IMG/VR virus record: IMGVR_UViG_3300021424_002358 | Coordinates: 1-29,327 of that record | Direction: 5' to 3' (one strand) | DNA: 29,327 nt | From: a virus | Lineage: Duplodnaviria > Caudoviricetes | Shown: piece after piece, positions 1 to 8,066 of the stretch | How positions within the stretch are numbered: position 1 is the first letter of the stretch | Layout of the letters: every line of letters starts with the position of its first letter | Made by a program: the position numbers and the translations under genes | The notes under the pieces: generated by a model | Told to the model about the DNA's origin: nothing | Seen by the model: the letters and a program-made list of their open reading frames with translations, nothing else | The model's database searches: none

Positions 1-2
1 AA

Positions 3-62
3 CCGCATGTGCAGAAACCTTGGATGTCTCCTTGCATAAATTGGGAAAAAATAAATAATTAA
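3..62 (+). CDS. 3' end of an upstream CDS truncated by the window edge (frame uncertain)
   Basis: Frame 3 is open from the edge (PHVQKPWMSPCINWEKINN*) and stops 4 nt before the gmd ATG. Frame 2 is also open to 58, so the frame is ambiguous. Confidence 0.35.
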   Translation, partial: PHVQKPWMSPCINWEKINN

Positions 63-66
63 AAAT

Positions 67-1119
67 ATGAAAAACGTAATTATTACAGGAATTTCTGGGC
101 AAGATGGCTCTTACATGGTAGACTATTTAATAAATAATACTAATGTAAATATCTTTGGCGCAGTAAGGAGATTATCTAAACCCAATTATTCTAATTTTTC
201 TGAGCATCTTAATAATAATCGTTTTAAGATTGTGACTCTTGATCTTTCAGATTCTCAGTCTATTGATAACACAGTAAGGGAAATTCAACCTAATTATTTT
301 ATTAATTTTGCAGCGCAATCTTTCGTAGGTTCAAGTTGGCAAATCCCAGAGCAAACATTTGACGCTGGAGCAATGGGTGTGCTAAGATGCCTTGAAGCAG
401 TGCGTAAACATGCATCAAGTTGTAGATTTTATAACGCTGGCAGTTCAGAAGAATTTGGAGACGTAAAATATGCTCCTCAAGACGAAAAACACCCCTTGTC
501 TCCAAGGTCTCCTTATGGAGCAGCTAAAGCATCAGCAAGACATATTGTAAAAGTTTACCGTGAGTCTTATAATCTTTTTGCAATTCAAGGCTATTTATTT
601 AATCATGAATCACCAAGAAGAGGCGAAGAGTTTGTTACTCGTAAAATTACAAAAGGCGTTGCTAGAATTCTTAGATCAATTAAAAGAGGCGAGCCTTTCC
701 AGCCAATTCATTTAGGAAATGTCGATGCCAAAAGAGATTGGAGTCATGCCGCTGATTTTGTCGATGGCATTTGGAAAATGCTTAATCAGGAAAAACCTAA
801 TGAGTATGTTTTGTCTAGTAATGAAACTCATACCATTAGAGAGTTTGTAGAACTCGCTTTTAAAGAAGTTGGGATTGATGGATTTTGGCATGGTCAAGGA
901 ACAAATGAAGAATATTCTATCTCAACAGAATACGCTATTAAAAACGATGTAGGGTCTTCTGTTTTGGTTCGAATAGATCCAAAATTCTTTCGTCCAGCAG
1001 AAGTCGAACTACTTCTTGGAGATTCTTCCAAAGCTAGGCAAGAACTCAATTGGACTCCAAAATGGTCATTTCAAGAGTTAGTCCGCGACATGGTTTCTTG
1101 CGACCTCAATCAACTTTAA
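67..1119 (+). CDS. gmd: GDP-mannose 4,6-dehydratase
   Basis: ITGISGQDGSY nucleotide-binding motif, AAQSFV, SSEEFG, catalytic SPYGAAK, LFNHESPRRGEEFVTRKI, GNVDAKRDW and FRPAEVELLLGD are all Gmd signatures. Confidence 0.96.
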   Translation: MKNVIITGISGQDGSYMVDYLINNTNVNIFGAVRRLSKPNYSNFSEHLNNNRFKIVTLDLSDSQSIDNTVREIQPNYFINFAAQSFVGSSWQIPEQTFDAGAMGVLRCLEAVRKHASSCRFYNAGSSEEFGDVKYAPQDEKHPLSPRSPYGAAKASARHIVKVYRESYNLFAIQGYLFNHESPRRGEEFVTRKITKGVARILRSIKRGEPFQPIHLGNVDAKRDWSHAADFVDGIWKMLNQEKPNEYVLSSNETHTIREFVELAFKEVGIDGFWHGQGTNEEYSISTEYAIKNDVGSSVLVRIDPKFFRPAEVELLLGDSSKARQELNWTPKWSFQELVRDMVSCDLNQL

Positions 1120-1508
1120 TGTCTATTCAACAAACAATTGTAGAAAAATTTGTAAGAAAAGAAGAACAAAACTGGCCTAGAGACATGCGAGCTGCCGCTA
1201 GGCTTTTAAAAAAATTTCCTGAACATGGATTTTGGGAATGGGTAGAGCCATATCCGCTTGTTTCTAATCTTGGTTATTTAACAAGTCAGAAAAATATCAA
1301 ATCTTTAAAACAAAGATATTCGCTTTTCCTTCAGCAAAAAGACCTAAAAGAGTCCCAAGAAAAGCTCAAAGAAAGCTTTGACTTAAAGACTTCAACGGTC
1401 TATAATGAAGAGAGCAACAAGGTGGGCAAAGATTTAAACGTTGTTAAAAAACCTAAAACTCTGAAAGAATTTCTTAATTATGGCAAGACCTCCGAAACAG
1501 CAAGCTGA
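1119..1508 (+). CDS. hypothetical protein (129 aa)
   Basis: Start moved from 1050 to ATG 1119, which overlaps the gmd stop (TAATG coupling). Basic protein, no recognised family, C-terminal KPKTLKEFL. Confidence 0.7.
   Translation: MSIQQTIVEKFVRKEEQNWPRDMRAAARLLKKFPEHGFWEWVEPYPLVSNLGYLTSQKNIKSLKQRYSLFLQQKDLKESQEKLKESFDLKTSTVYNEESNKVGKDLNVVKKPKTLKEFLNYGKTSETAS
1378..1406 (+). promoter_or_regulatory. sigma70-type promoter upstream of the recA-like gene
   Basis: TTGACT (1378-1383), 17-nt spacer, TATAAT (1401-1406). Near consensus and about 70 nt before ATG 1480. Confidence 0.7.
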
Positions 1509-2628
1509 AGAAAAAGTCTCAACAGCCAGTGCTTCAAGCAGACTACACGCAATACTAAATACTAAAGAAAATAAAGAAGATCACTTTAATTTCCAAGAAG
1601 CTGTAACTTGGAAGATCTCTACTGGTAGTCTTCTCTTAGATGCCGCAGTTGGCGGCGGGATCACTCCTTCTCTAATCCGCCTTTGTGGACCTAATAATGA
1701 AGGCAAGACTCCTCAAGCTCTAGAAATTTGCCGAAACTTTCTAACTGAAATTCCAAAGAGCAGAGTCGTTTGGATTCTAGCAGAGGGTCGCCTCTCTAAA
1801 GAAAATAGAGAGAGGTGCGGCATGAAGTTCGTCACGAACGCAGAAGAGTGGACAGACGGTTCAGTTTTTATATTAGAATCTAATGTTTATGATCTTATTA
1901 TTAATGTAATCAAAGATTTGGTCCTTAATAATGAAGAAGATATTAGGTATTGTTTTGTAATTGATTCAATGGATGGTCTTATCTTGAAGAGAGATAAAGA
2001 TAATAATCCTGTAGATGCAAGCAAGGTAGCAGGAACTCAAGTAATTAGTAAAAAACTTTTGCAATCTCTCAGTATTGGAATGTTCAAGCATGGGCATTTG
2101 ATGATCGCAATTAGCCAGATTACTTCTGAAATCAAAATCGATCAATACGCAAAAACTGCTCCAAGAGGAGGAATGTTTAGCGGTGGTAACGCTCTTCTCC
2201 ATTGGGCTGATTTTATCCTTGAGTACAATACCTCAAATTTGAGCGACTATATTCTTGATAATCCAAGTGGTAAAATGAATGATGGCAAGAGTAAACCAAT
2301 TGGTAAATACTCTAAAGTCATGATTCAAAAGTCAACAACCGAAGCCACAAGAAAGACTTTGATTCAATATCCGATTAAGTTTGGTAAGAAGCCTTCTGGA
2401 ATCTGGGTTGAGTACGAGATTCTTGATTCTCTTCTCATGTGGGATCTTGTCGTGGCTAAAGGAGCTTGGATTACTGTAGATGATTCTTTAATTGAAGAAT
2501 TAAAGAATAATAACATTGAAATGCCAAAGCAGCATCAAGGCAGAGAGAATTTCAGAAAGTGGCTTGAGGAAAATGAAAATGCTACCAAGCATCTCTTTAG
2601 TAAGCTCAAAGCTGTACAATCAAAATGA
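1480..2628 (+). CDS. recA: RecA/UvsX-like recombinase
   Basis: ISTGSLLLDAAVGGG, Walker A GPNNEGKT, Walker B FVIDS, ISQI and GGNAL match RecA motifs. Divergent phage-type sequence. Confidence 0.88.
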   Translation: MARPPKQQAEEKVSTASASSRLHAILNTKENKEDHFNFQEAVTWKISTGSLLLDAAVGGGITPSLIRLCGPNNEGKTPQALEICRNFLTEIPKSRVVWILAEGRLSKENRERCGMKFVTNAEEWTDGSVFILESNVYDLIINVIKDLVLNNEEDIRYCFVIDSMDGLILKRDKDNNPVDASKVAGTQVISKKLLQSLSIGMFKHGHLMIAISQITSEIKIDQYAKTAPRGGMFSGGNALLHWADFILEYNTSNLSDYILDNPSGKMNDGKSKPIGKYSKVMIQKSTTEATRKTLIQYPIKFGKKPSGIWVEYEILDSLLMWDLVVAKGAWITVDDSLIEELKNNNIEMPKQHQGRENFRKWLEENENATKHLFSKLKAVQSK

Positions 2629-3044
2629 GGTTGTATACTGTTACTGGCAGGATAATTAACAAAAATGTTTCCCAATTTTTAATAGATTGGGATAAAACAT
2701 CTCGCTCCAAGATTCAGTTCCAAGTTAAGCAATTCTTGAAACTATTTTGGAAGCATCATGTTTGTTACGAAGAGTTTCCCGTTTTTGGAAGCAGAATGAA
2801 AGTTGACTTTATAAACTTCACAAAGCAAATAGCTATTGAAGTAAATGGAGACCAACATTCTTCGTTTAATAAATTTTTTCATAACAATTCTAGATTAAAT
2901 TATTTGAATTCAATCAAAAGAGATGTCAAGAAATCTCAATGGCTTGAAAAAAACGGTATTCAATTAATTGAATTAGAGACTAGAGACTTAGATAAATTAA
3001 GTTACGATTATATAAATCAGACATTTAATATATCGATAGTGTAA
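2625..3044 (+). CDS. DUF559/Vsr-like PD-(D/E)XK endonuclease
   Basis: EEFPV..MKVDF....IAIEVNGDQH...RDVKKSQWLEKNGIQLIEL pattern. ATGA overlap with recA. Confidence 0.7.
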   Translation: MRLYTVTGRIINKNVSQFLIDWDKTSRSKIQFQVKQFLKLFWKHHVCYEEFPVFGSRMKVDFINFTKQIAIEVNGDQHSSFNKFFHNNSRLNYLNSIKRDVKKSQWLEKNGIQLIELETRDLDKLSYDYINQTFNISIV

Positions 3045-3050
3045 TATAAA
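3039..3050 (+). promoter_or_regulatory. GTGTAA + AT-rich motif, candidate phage-specific promoter
   Basis: GTGTAATATAAA just before GTG 3053. The same core occurs twice in the divergent intergenic region 23259-23316. Part of it is a stop codon. Confidence 0.35.
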
Positions 3051-3052
3051 CT

Positions 3053-3331
3053 GTGGCAAAAAATAAAGAATTCCATTTCCCAGATAGTATTCTATCACAA
3101 ATAGATGAATGCTCGCAAGGTGGATTCTTGCTGTTTACTTTTGACAAGAATGGCATGCCAGAAGTGAGGTCAAAATTTGATAATGCACAGAACGCAATGG
3201 CTATGCATTATTACATTATAAATTGGTTAAACGCTGTAGAGCAGATCAATTTAGAAAATACAATTCAGAATATCAAGATGGTTTCTGAAGATGATGGCGA
3301 TGATGAAGATAATGGGCCAACTCGTAAATAA
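3053..3331 (+). CDS. hypothetical protein (92 aa, acidic C-terminal tail)
   Basis: GTG start. Fills the gap between nuclease and helicase; tail EDDGDDEDNG. Confidence 0.7.
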   Translation: MAKNKEFHFPDSILSQIDECSQGGFLLFTFDKNGMPEVRSKFDNAQNAMAMHYYIINWLNAVEQINLENTIQNIKMVSEDDGDDEDNGPTRK

Positions 3332-3345
3332 CTCTTTTAATTTAA

Positions 3346-4830
3346 ATGAAGCTTTCGTCAATTAAGGTAGAACAAAGTCTACTGGGTTCACTTATTAAAA
3401 ACCCAGAAGCATTTTATGATTTAGACCATTTTATATCAGAATTAGATTTCACTAATGATGTCAATGGAACTATTTACTCAGTCATAAGGCAATTATGTAA
3501 TTCGAAAGAGAAGATTGATAAAGTTGTTCTTGCTCAAAAGATACAAAATCTTGGGATTTCATTTCAAGAGGATCTTGATATTTATGAATATATTGATTGC
3601 CTTTCTTTACCTTCTTCTAATAGAGAAGTTGCTCTTAAATACGCTAAAGAATTAAAATACCTATCTGTTCGCCGCGACATAAAAGGAATGGCGCAAAGGA
3701 TAATAGAAACGGTTTCTGGCAATTCAGATAAAAATATCAATGAATTAATAGCTGAAGTAGACTCTATATATGGTGAAAAGATTAATTCTTTTGATGCTGC
3801 TGACGAGATAAGAAACATATTTGATGACATAGAAACCTTTATTGAAGAAAAAGGTAATAACATTCAATGTGAAGTTGGTATTCAATTACATTACCCAGAG
3901 TTTTCGAGACTCTATGGCGGGTTGAGAAATGGAAATGTTTATGCAATAGTCAGTCGCCCCGGTCAAGGAAAAAGCTCCTTTTTGGTTGAGATGTCTCTTG
4001 GAGCTTATTTAAAGAATAAAAATATTAATGTCCTTTATCTTGATACAGAAATGTTCTCAGACGATGTTAAACTTCGTATTGCAGCAGCGAGAACAGGAGT
4101 GCCTTTCTGGTACATAGATAGCGGTAATTGGCGCAAAAACACAGAAATGGTCACAAAAGTAAGATCGTTTCTAAAAGAGTTCAGTAAATATAAATATACT
4201 CATCATTGCGTTGGTAATAAAAGCATAGATGAAATTATTTCATTTATCCGCAGATGGTATTATAGTAAAGTCGGCAGAGGCAATCCTGCAATTATTTGCT
4301 ATGATTACGTTAAACTTACTGGCGAAAAAGTAGGACAAAACTGGGCAGAACACCAAGCTATCGGTGAAAAGATCGATAAATTAAAAAAGATCTCAGAAGA
4401 AATAAATGCCCCTCTATTCACGGCAATGCAAATGAATAGAGCAGGTGAAAACTTTAATCGTAATGCTGGAGATGTAACTGATGATAGCTCCGCAATTGCC
4501 CTATCAGATCGCTTACAATGGTTCTCAAGCTTTGTTGGAATTTTCCGAAGAAAAACTCTTGACGAGATAGAGCGCGATACACCAGACTTTGGCACTCATA
4601 AACTCATCACCTTAAAAAGCAGATTCCAAGGAAAGAATGCTGCTGGTCATCAAGATTTACTCAGAAGAAGAAATGAGCATGGGGATGAGCGTTATGTTCA
4701 GAATTTTATTAACTTTGAGATTAATAATTTCAGCGTTCAAGAAAGAGGCTCTCTTGCAGACATTATAGAAAGAGAGCGTCAGACATTTTCGCTGAACGAC
4801 CCTAATCCTAACGATGGCACTTTGTTATAA
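3346..4830 (+). CDS. dnaB: replicative DNA helicase, DnaB family
   Basis: N-terminal EQSLLGSLI, Walker A SRPGQGKSS, LDTEM, Walker B CYDYVKL, MQMNR, arginine-finger region LKSR. Confidence 0.92.
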   Translation: MKLSSIKVEQSLLGSLIKNPEAFYDLDHFISELDFTNDVNGTIYSVIRQLCNSKEKIDKVVLAQKIQNLGISFQEDLDIYEYIDCLSLPSSNREVALKYAKELKYLSVRRDIKGMAQRIIETVSGNSDKNINELIAEVDSIYGEKINSFDAADEIRNIFDDIETFIEEKGNNIQCEVGIQLHYPEFSRLYGGLRNGNVYAIVSRPGQGKSSFLVEMSLGAYLKNKNINVLYLDTEMFSDDVKLRIAAARTGVPFWYIDSGNWRKNTEMVTKVRSFLKEFSKYKYTHHCVGNKSIDEIISFIRRWYYSKVGRGNPAIICYDYVKLTGEKVGQNWAEHQAIGEKIDKLKKISEEINAPLFTAMQMNRAGENFNRNAGDVTDDSSAIALSDRLQWFSSFVGIFRRKTLDEIERDTPDFGTHKLITLKSRFQGKNAAGHQDLLRRRNEHGDERYVQNFINFEINNFSVQERGSLADIIERERQTFSLNDPNPNDGTLL

Positions 4831-5741
4831 TGGACATTAAAGAAATACTTCATAATATCGGTTATCATAATCTTAAAGATTTCGGCGGATGGTACAGGAC
4901 CAGACCAATCTATCGAAATTCTGATAACGATACAGTGCTTGCAATAAATAAAAATACTGGGTATTGGTATGATTATAAGTTATGCAAAGGAGGCAATTTA
5001 AGTGAGTTGGTTCAAGTCACGCTTAATCTAACCGATCTAAATCATGCAAATGAAGTACTAAATCAAAGATTTGGGTTTGTCCCAATGTCAGTTCAAGAGA
5101 AGACTTCTATCAAACAGGTAAAATTCTATGATGAATCCATGCTCCAAAGCTTGCTTAAAAACCATGAGTATTGGATTAAAAGGGGAGTCAAAGAAGAAAT
5201 AATTTCTGTTTTTAAGGGAGGTATTGCCAACAAGGGGAGCATGATTAATAGATATGTTTTCCCTATTTACAATCCGTCTGGCAAAATTGTAGGGTTTAGT
5301 GGGAGGTCTTTAGTTAATTCTAGTAGTAAAGATTTCATTAAGTGGAAACATCTTGGTGCAAAAAAAGAATGGGTTTACCCAGTATTTTTTAATAAGAAAG
5401 CTATAGTTGAAAGCAAAAGAGTTTTCCTTGTAGAAAGTATTGGAGATATGCTTGCTCTTTGGCAATCTGGTTACCAGAATACAATTATTACTTTTGGACT
5501 TTCGATCTCTCCTAAAATCATAAAATACTTATTAGAAAACTCTGTAGAAGAGGTTATTGTGTCATTTAATAATGACATGATGAAAAATTCTGCCGGGAAT
5601 GAAGCCGCAAAAGCAGCTAGATATAAGTTATTATCATTCTTCGACGAGTCACAGGTGAAAATAAAACTGCCTCCCAAAAAAGATTTTGGAGTAATGTATA
5701 AAAATGAGATAGACTTATATATGAAGGAATTCAATGGATAA
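4830..5741 (+). CDS. dnaG: DnaG-like primase (TOPRIM) with degenerate zinc-binding domain
   Basis: RYVFPIYNPSGKIVGFSGR, KWKH, TOPRIM VFLVESIGD, FNND...AGNEAA, KDFG. TAATG-coupled to dnaB. Confidence 0.85.
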   Translation: MDIKEILHNIGYHNLKDFGGWYRTRPIYRNSDNDTVLAINKNTGYWYDYKLCKGGNLSELVQVTLNLTDLNHANEVLNQRFGFVPMSVQEKTSIKQVKFYDESMLQSLLKNHEYWIKRGVKEEIISVFKGGIANKGSMINRYVFPIYNPSGKIVGFSGRSLVNSSSKDFIKWKHLGAKKEWVYPVFFNKKAIVESKRVFLVESIGDMLALWQSGYQNTIITFGLSISPKIIKYLLENSVEEVIVSFNNDMMKNSAGNEAAKAARYKLLSFFDESQVKIKLPPKKDFGVMYKNEIDLYMKEFNG

Positions 5742-6660
5742 GAAAGAAATCTATCTCTCTGCTTCCAGAATAAAAGCTCTTGAAACTTGTTCTTGGTCTT
5801 ATTACTGCAAGTATCATTTAAATATTCCAGAGAAGTCTAACTCTGGCGCAAAACGTGGAACTATCTGCCATTTAATATTTGAGCTACTCCTCAATCCTAG
5901 ACACAAGAAGAGATTTAAGGAGATTATTTCTTCGGGCGATCCAATGTCTTGTGAGCCAATTTCTAGACTTATCCTTAAACACGCCAAACGAGAACAGATT
6001 GAAAATCCAGAAGATCTTACTTTAATTAATAAAATGATTCTTGTTGGGTTGAAGAGTGACTTCTTCCCAGAAGGCGGCACCATTCAAAATCCAGAGTTTG
6101 AATTTAAAATAGAAAGAGACGGATACAAAGCAAGAGGCTTTATCGATCTTCCAATTCTTTATAAGAAGAAAAAGAAATTAAAGATTAGAGATTATAAGTC
6201 TAGCAAAGCTAAGTTCAAAGGCGAAGAGCTAACTGCTAATGTACAGGCAATGCTTTATTCTATTGCCTCTAAAATCCATTGGCCTGAATATAATCCAGAA
6301 GTAGAGTTCGTCTTTCTAAGATTTCCGAAAGAACCCATTCAGCCAGTTAAATTTACTGATGATGAGTTGGCTGGATTTGAAGTTTATCTTAAGCACGTTT
6401 ACGAAAAGGTCAGCAATTTTTCCGAAAATGATGCTTGCCAAAACTTTGCGGCAGACGATGTTAAGAGCAAGTGGCTTTGTCAGGCAGGAGTAACTTGGGT
6501 TTGTCCATTTAAGAATCCAATGTGGTATTATTCCATCTATGATAAAGATGGTAATTTTGTAAAGAGCTTCTTTACCGCAGAAGAAGCCAAAGCCGCCAAG
6601 AAAGATGAAACGCAAGTCATCAAAAAATTTAAGTATGAAGGTTGCCCAAGATGGAGATAA
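5734..6660 (+). CDS. PD-(D/E)XK exonuclease, Cas4/RecB-like
   Basis: LSASRI....C, RGTICH..FE, GFIDL, IRDYKSSK, QAMLY, plus C-terminal cysteines. Confidence 0.85.
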   Translation: MDKKEIYLSASRIKALETCSWSYYCKYHLNIPEKSNSGAKRGTICHLIFELLLNPRHKKRFKEIISSGDPMSCEPISRLILKHAKREQIENPEDLTLINKMILVGLKSDFFPEGGTIQNPEFEFKIERDGYKARGFIDLPILYKKKKKLKIRDYKSSKAKFKGEELTANVQAMLYSIASKIHWPEYNPEVEFVFLRFPKEPIQPVKFTDDELAGFEVYLKHVYEKVSNFSENDACQNFAADDVKSKWLCQAGVTWVCPFKNPMWYYSIYDKDGNFVKSFFTAEEAKAAKKDETQVIKKFKYEGCPRWR

Positions 6661-6669
6661 CTCTTATTT

Positions 6670-7431
6670 ATGAAAATATTACCTCTTTTTAAAAGTCATT
6701 ACAGCATAGGCAAGTCAATTCTAACTCTAGATAAAGCAGGTTCTTCTTCAAAAGAAGGGTCTTCCTCAATCATAGATATTACCAAAGAAAACAAATTAGA
6801 ACAAGCATTTTTAGTAGAAGAGAATATGTCTTCTTTTCTTGATGCTTTTAAGAACTTTGGCTCAATTAAGATACCATTTTTTTATGGCCTTAGACTAGAC
6901 CTTTGCCCAGATATAGATGATAAGAGTGAAGAATCTTTAAAGAAGTCAAGCAAGATTATTATCTTTGCCAAAAATGGCAGCGGATACAAGAAGTTAATTA
7001 AGATATTTAGTATTGCCGCCACAAATGGTTTTTATTATACACCACGGATAGACGAAAAAGCCTTGACGGAAGAGTGGGATGAAACTAGCCTAAAATTATG
7101 CGTTCCATTCTATGACTCGTTTTTATTTAATAATACGATGTCTTATTCCTTGTGCTGCCCAGAATTAAAGTTCACAAAGCCGACATTCTTTATTGAGGAC
7201 AATGATCTACCATTCGATGGCATCATAAAAAATAAAGTATTGAAATTCTGTTCAGATCAATACGAGACAGTAAACGCTAAAAGTATTTATTACAATACCA
7301 GAGAAGACTTTAAATCGTATCTAACTTTTAGATGCATTAATAATAGAACAACTCTTAATAAACCAAATCTTGAACATATGTGTAGCGCAGAGTTTAGTTT
7401 TGAAAGCTGGAAGGAGGCAGATTCTCTATGA
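6670..7431 (+). CDS. stand-alone PHP domain of DNA polymerase III alpha (predicted inactive)
   Basis: KSHYSIGKS, IIIFAKNGSGYKKLIKIFSIA, FYYTPRID and AKSIYY match the DnaE N-terminal PHP domain, but the metal ligands are substituted. Confidence 0.8.
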   Translation: MKILPLFKSHYSIGKSILTLDKAGSSSKEGSSSIIDITKENKLEQAFLVEENMSSFLDAFKNFGSIKIPFFYGLRLDLCPDIDDKSEESLKKSSKIIIFAKNGSGYKKLIKIFSIAATNGFYYTPRIDEKALTEEWDETSLKLCVPFYDSFLFNNTMSYSLCCPELKFTKPTFFIEDNDLPFDGIIKNKVLKFCSDQYETVNAKSIYYNTREDFKSYLTFRCINNRTTLNKPNLEHMCSAEFSFESWKEADSL

Positions 7432-8066
7432 TGGAAAATCTTCTTCGTTACGATAAAGATAAAGTCTATACTTTTATTGACTTAGAAACAGAGAACTTGT
7501 GTCTTAGTTTCATCAATAATCGACCTTGGCAGTGCGGCATGATTAGAGTCAAAGGTGATGAGATACTAGAGACTTCTGATATTTATATCAAATGGGATAA
7601 ATCAATTAACGTCAGTAAAGAAGCTGCACAGATTACCCGATTTGACCAATATAAGTATAATAAAATAGCAGTCCATTCTAGTCAAGCTATTAATACTATT
7701 TGTGACTGGCTAGAGAAATGCGATTATATTGTTGGGCATAACGTCCTGAATTTTGATATTTATCTTATTAAGGATTATTACAAAATGTATGGCAAAGAAT
7801 GGAAGTATTTAGTAAATAAGATTATAGATACTAATTGCCTTGCCAAAGGAGTTAAATATGAGATTCCTTATTCCCAAGAAATAGATTTAACTGAATATCA
7901 GTACCGAGTACTAAATGAAAGAAAAAAAGGTGTAAAAACCAATCTTACAAGTCTTGGAAAAGACCATAACATAGATCACGATTACGAAACCCTGCACGAC
8001 GCACTTAACGACCTTCACTTAAATATTAAAGTATGGAACAAACTCAAATTCCAAGTAGCAATATGA
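7428..8066 (+). CDS. DEDDh 3'-5' exonuclease (DnaQ/epsilon-like)
   Basis: ExoI FIDLETE, ExoII VGHNVLNFD, IDT, ExoIII HDALND. Start is 7428 or 7431. Confidence 0.9.
   Translation: MMENLLRYDKDKVYTFIDLETENLCLSFINNRPWQCGMIRVKGDEILETSDIYIKWDKSINVSKEAAQITRFDQYKYNKIAVHSSQAINTICDWLEKCDYIVGHNVLNFDIYLIKDYYKMYGKEWKYLVNKIIDTNCLAKGVKYEIPYSQEIDLTEYQYRVLNERKKGVKTNLTSLGKDHNIDHDYETLHDALNDLHLNIKVWNKLKFQVAI

Noticed and set aside
1050-1118. Longer N-terminus for the ORF after gmd (likewise 8033-8062 for dnaE)
   Set aside because: Needs long overlaps. The downstream ATGs coincide with upstream stops (TAATG, ATGA), the usual coupling in this window.
5734-6660. CRISPR-Cas association of the Cas4-like nuclease
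   Set aside because: No repeat-spacer array or other cas genes were seen; solo Cas4-like nucleases are common in phage replication modules.
3329-6669. TAACTCTT after the stops at 3331 and 6660
   Set aside because: Only two short AT-rich copies that include the stop codon; compatible with chance.
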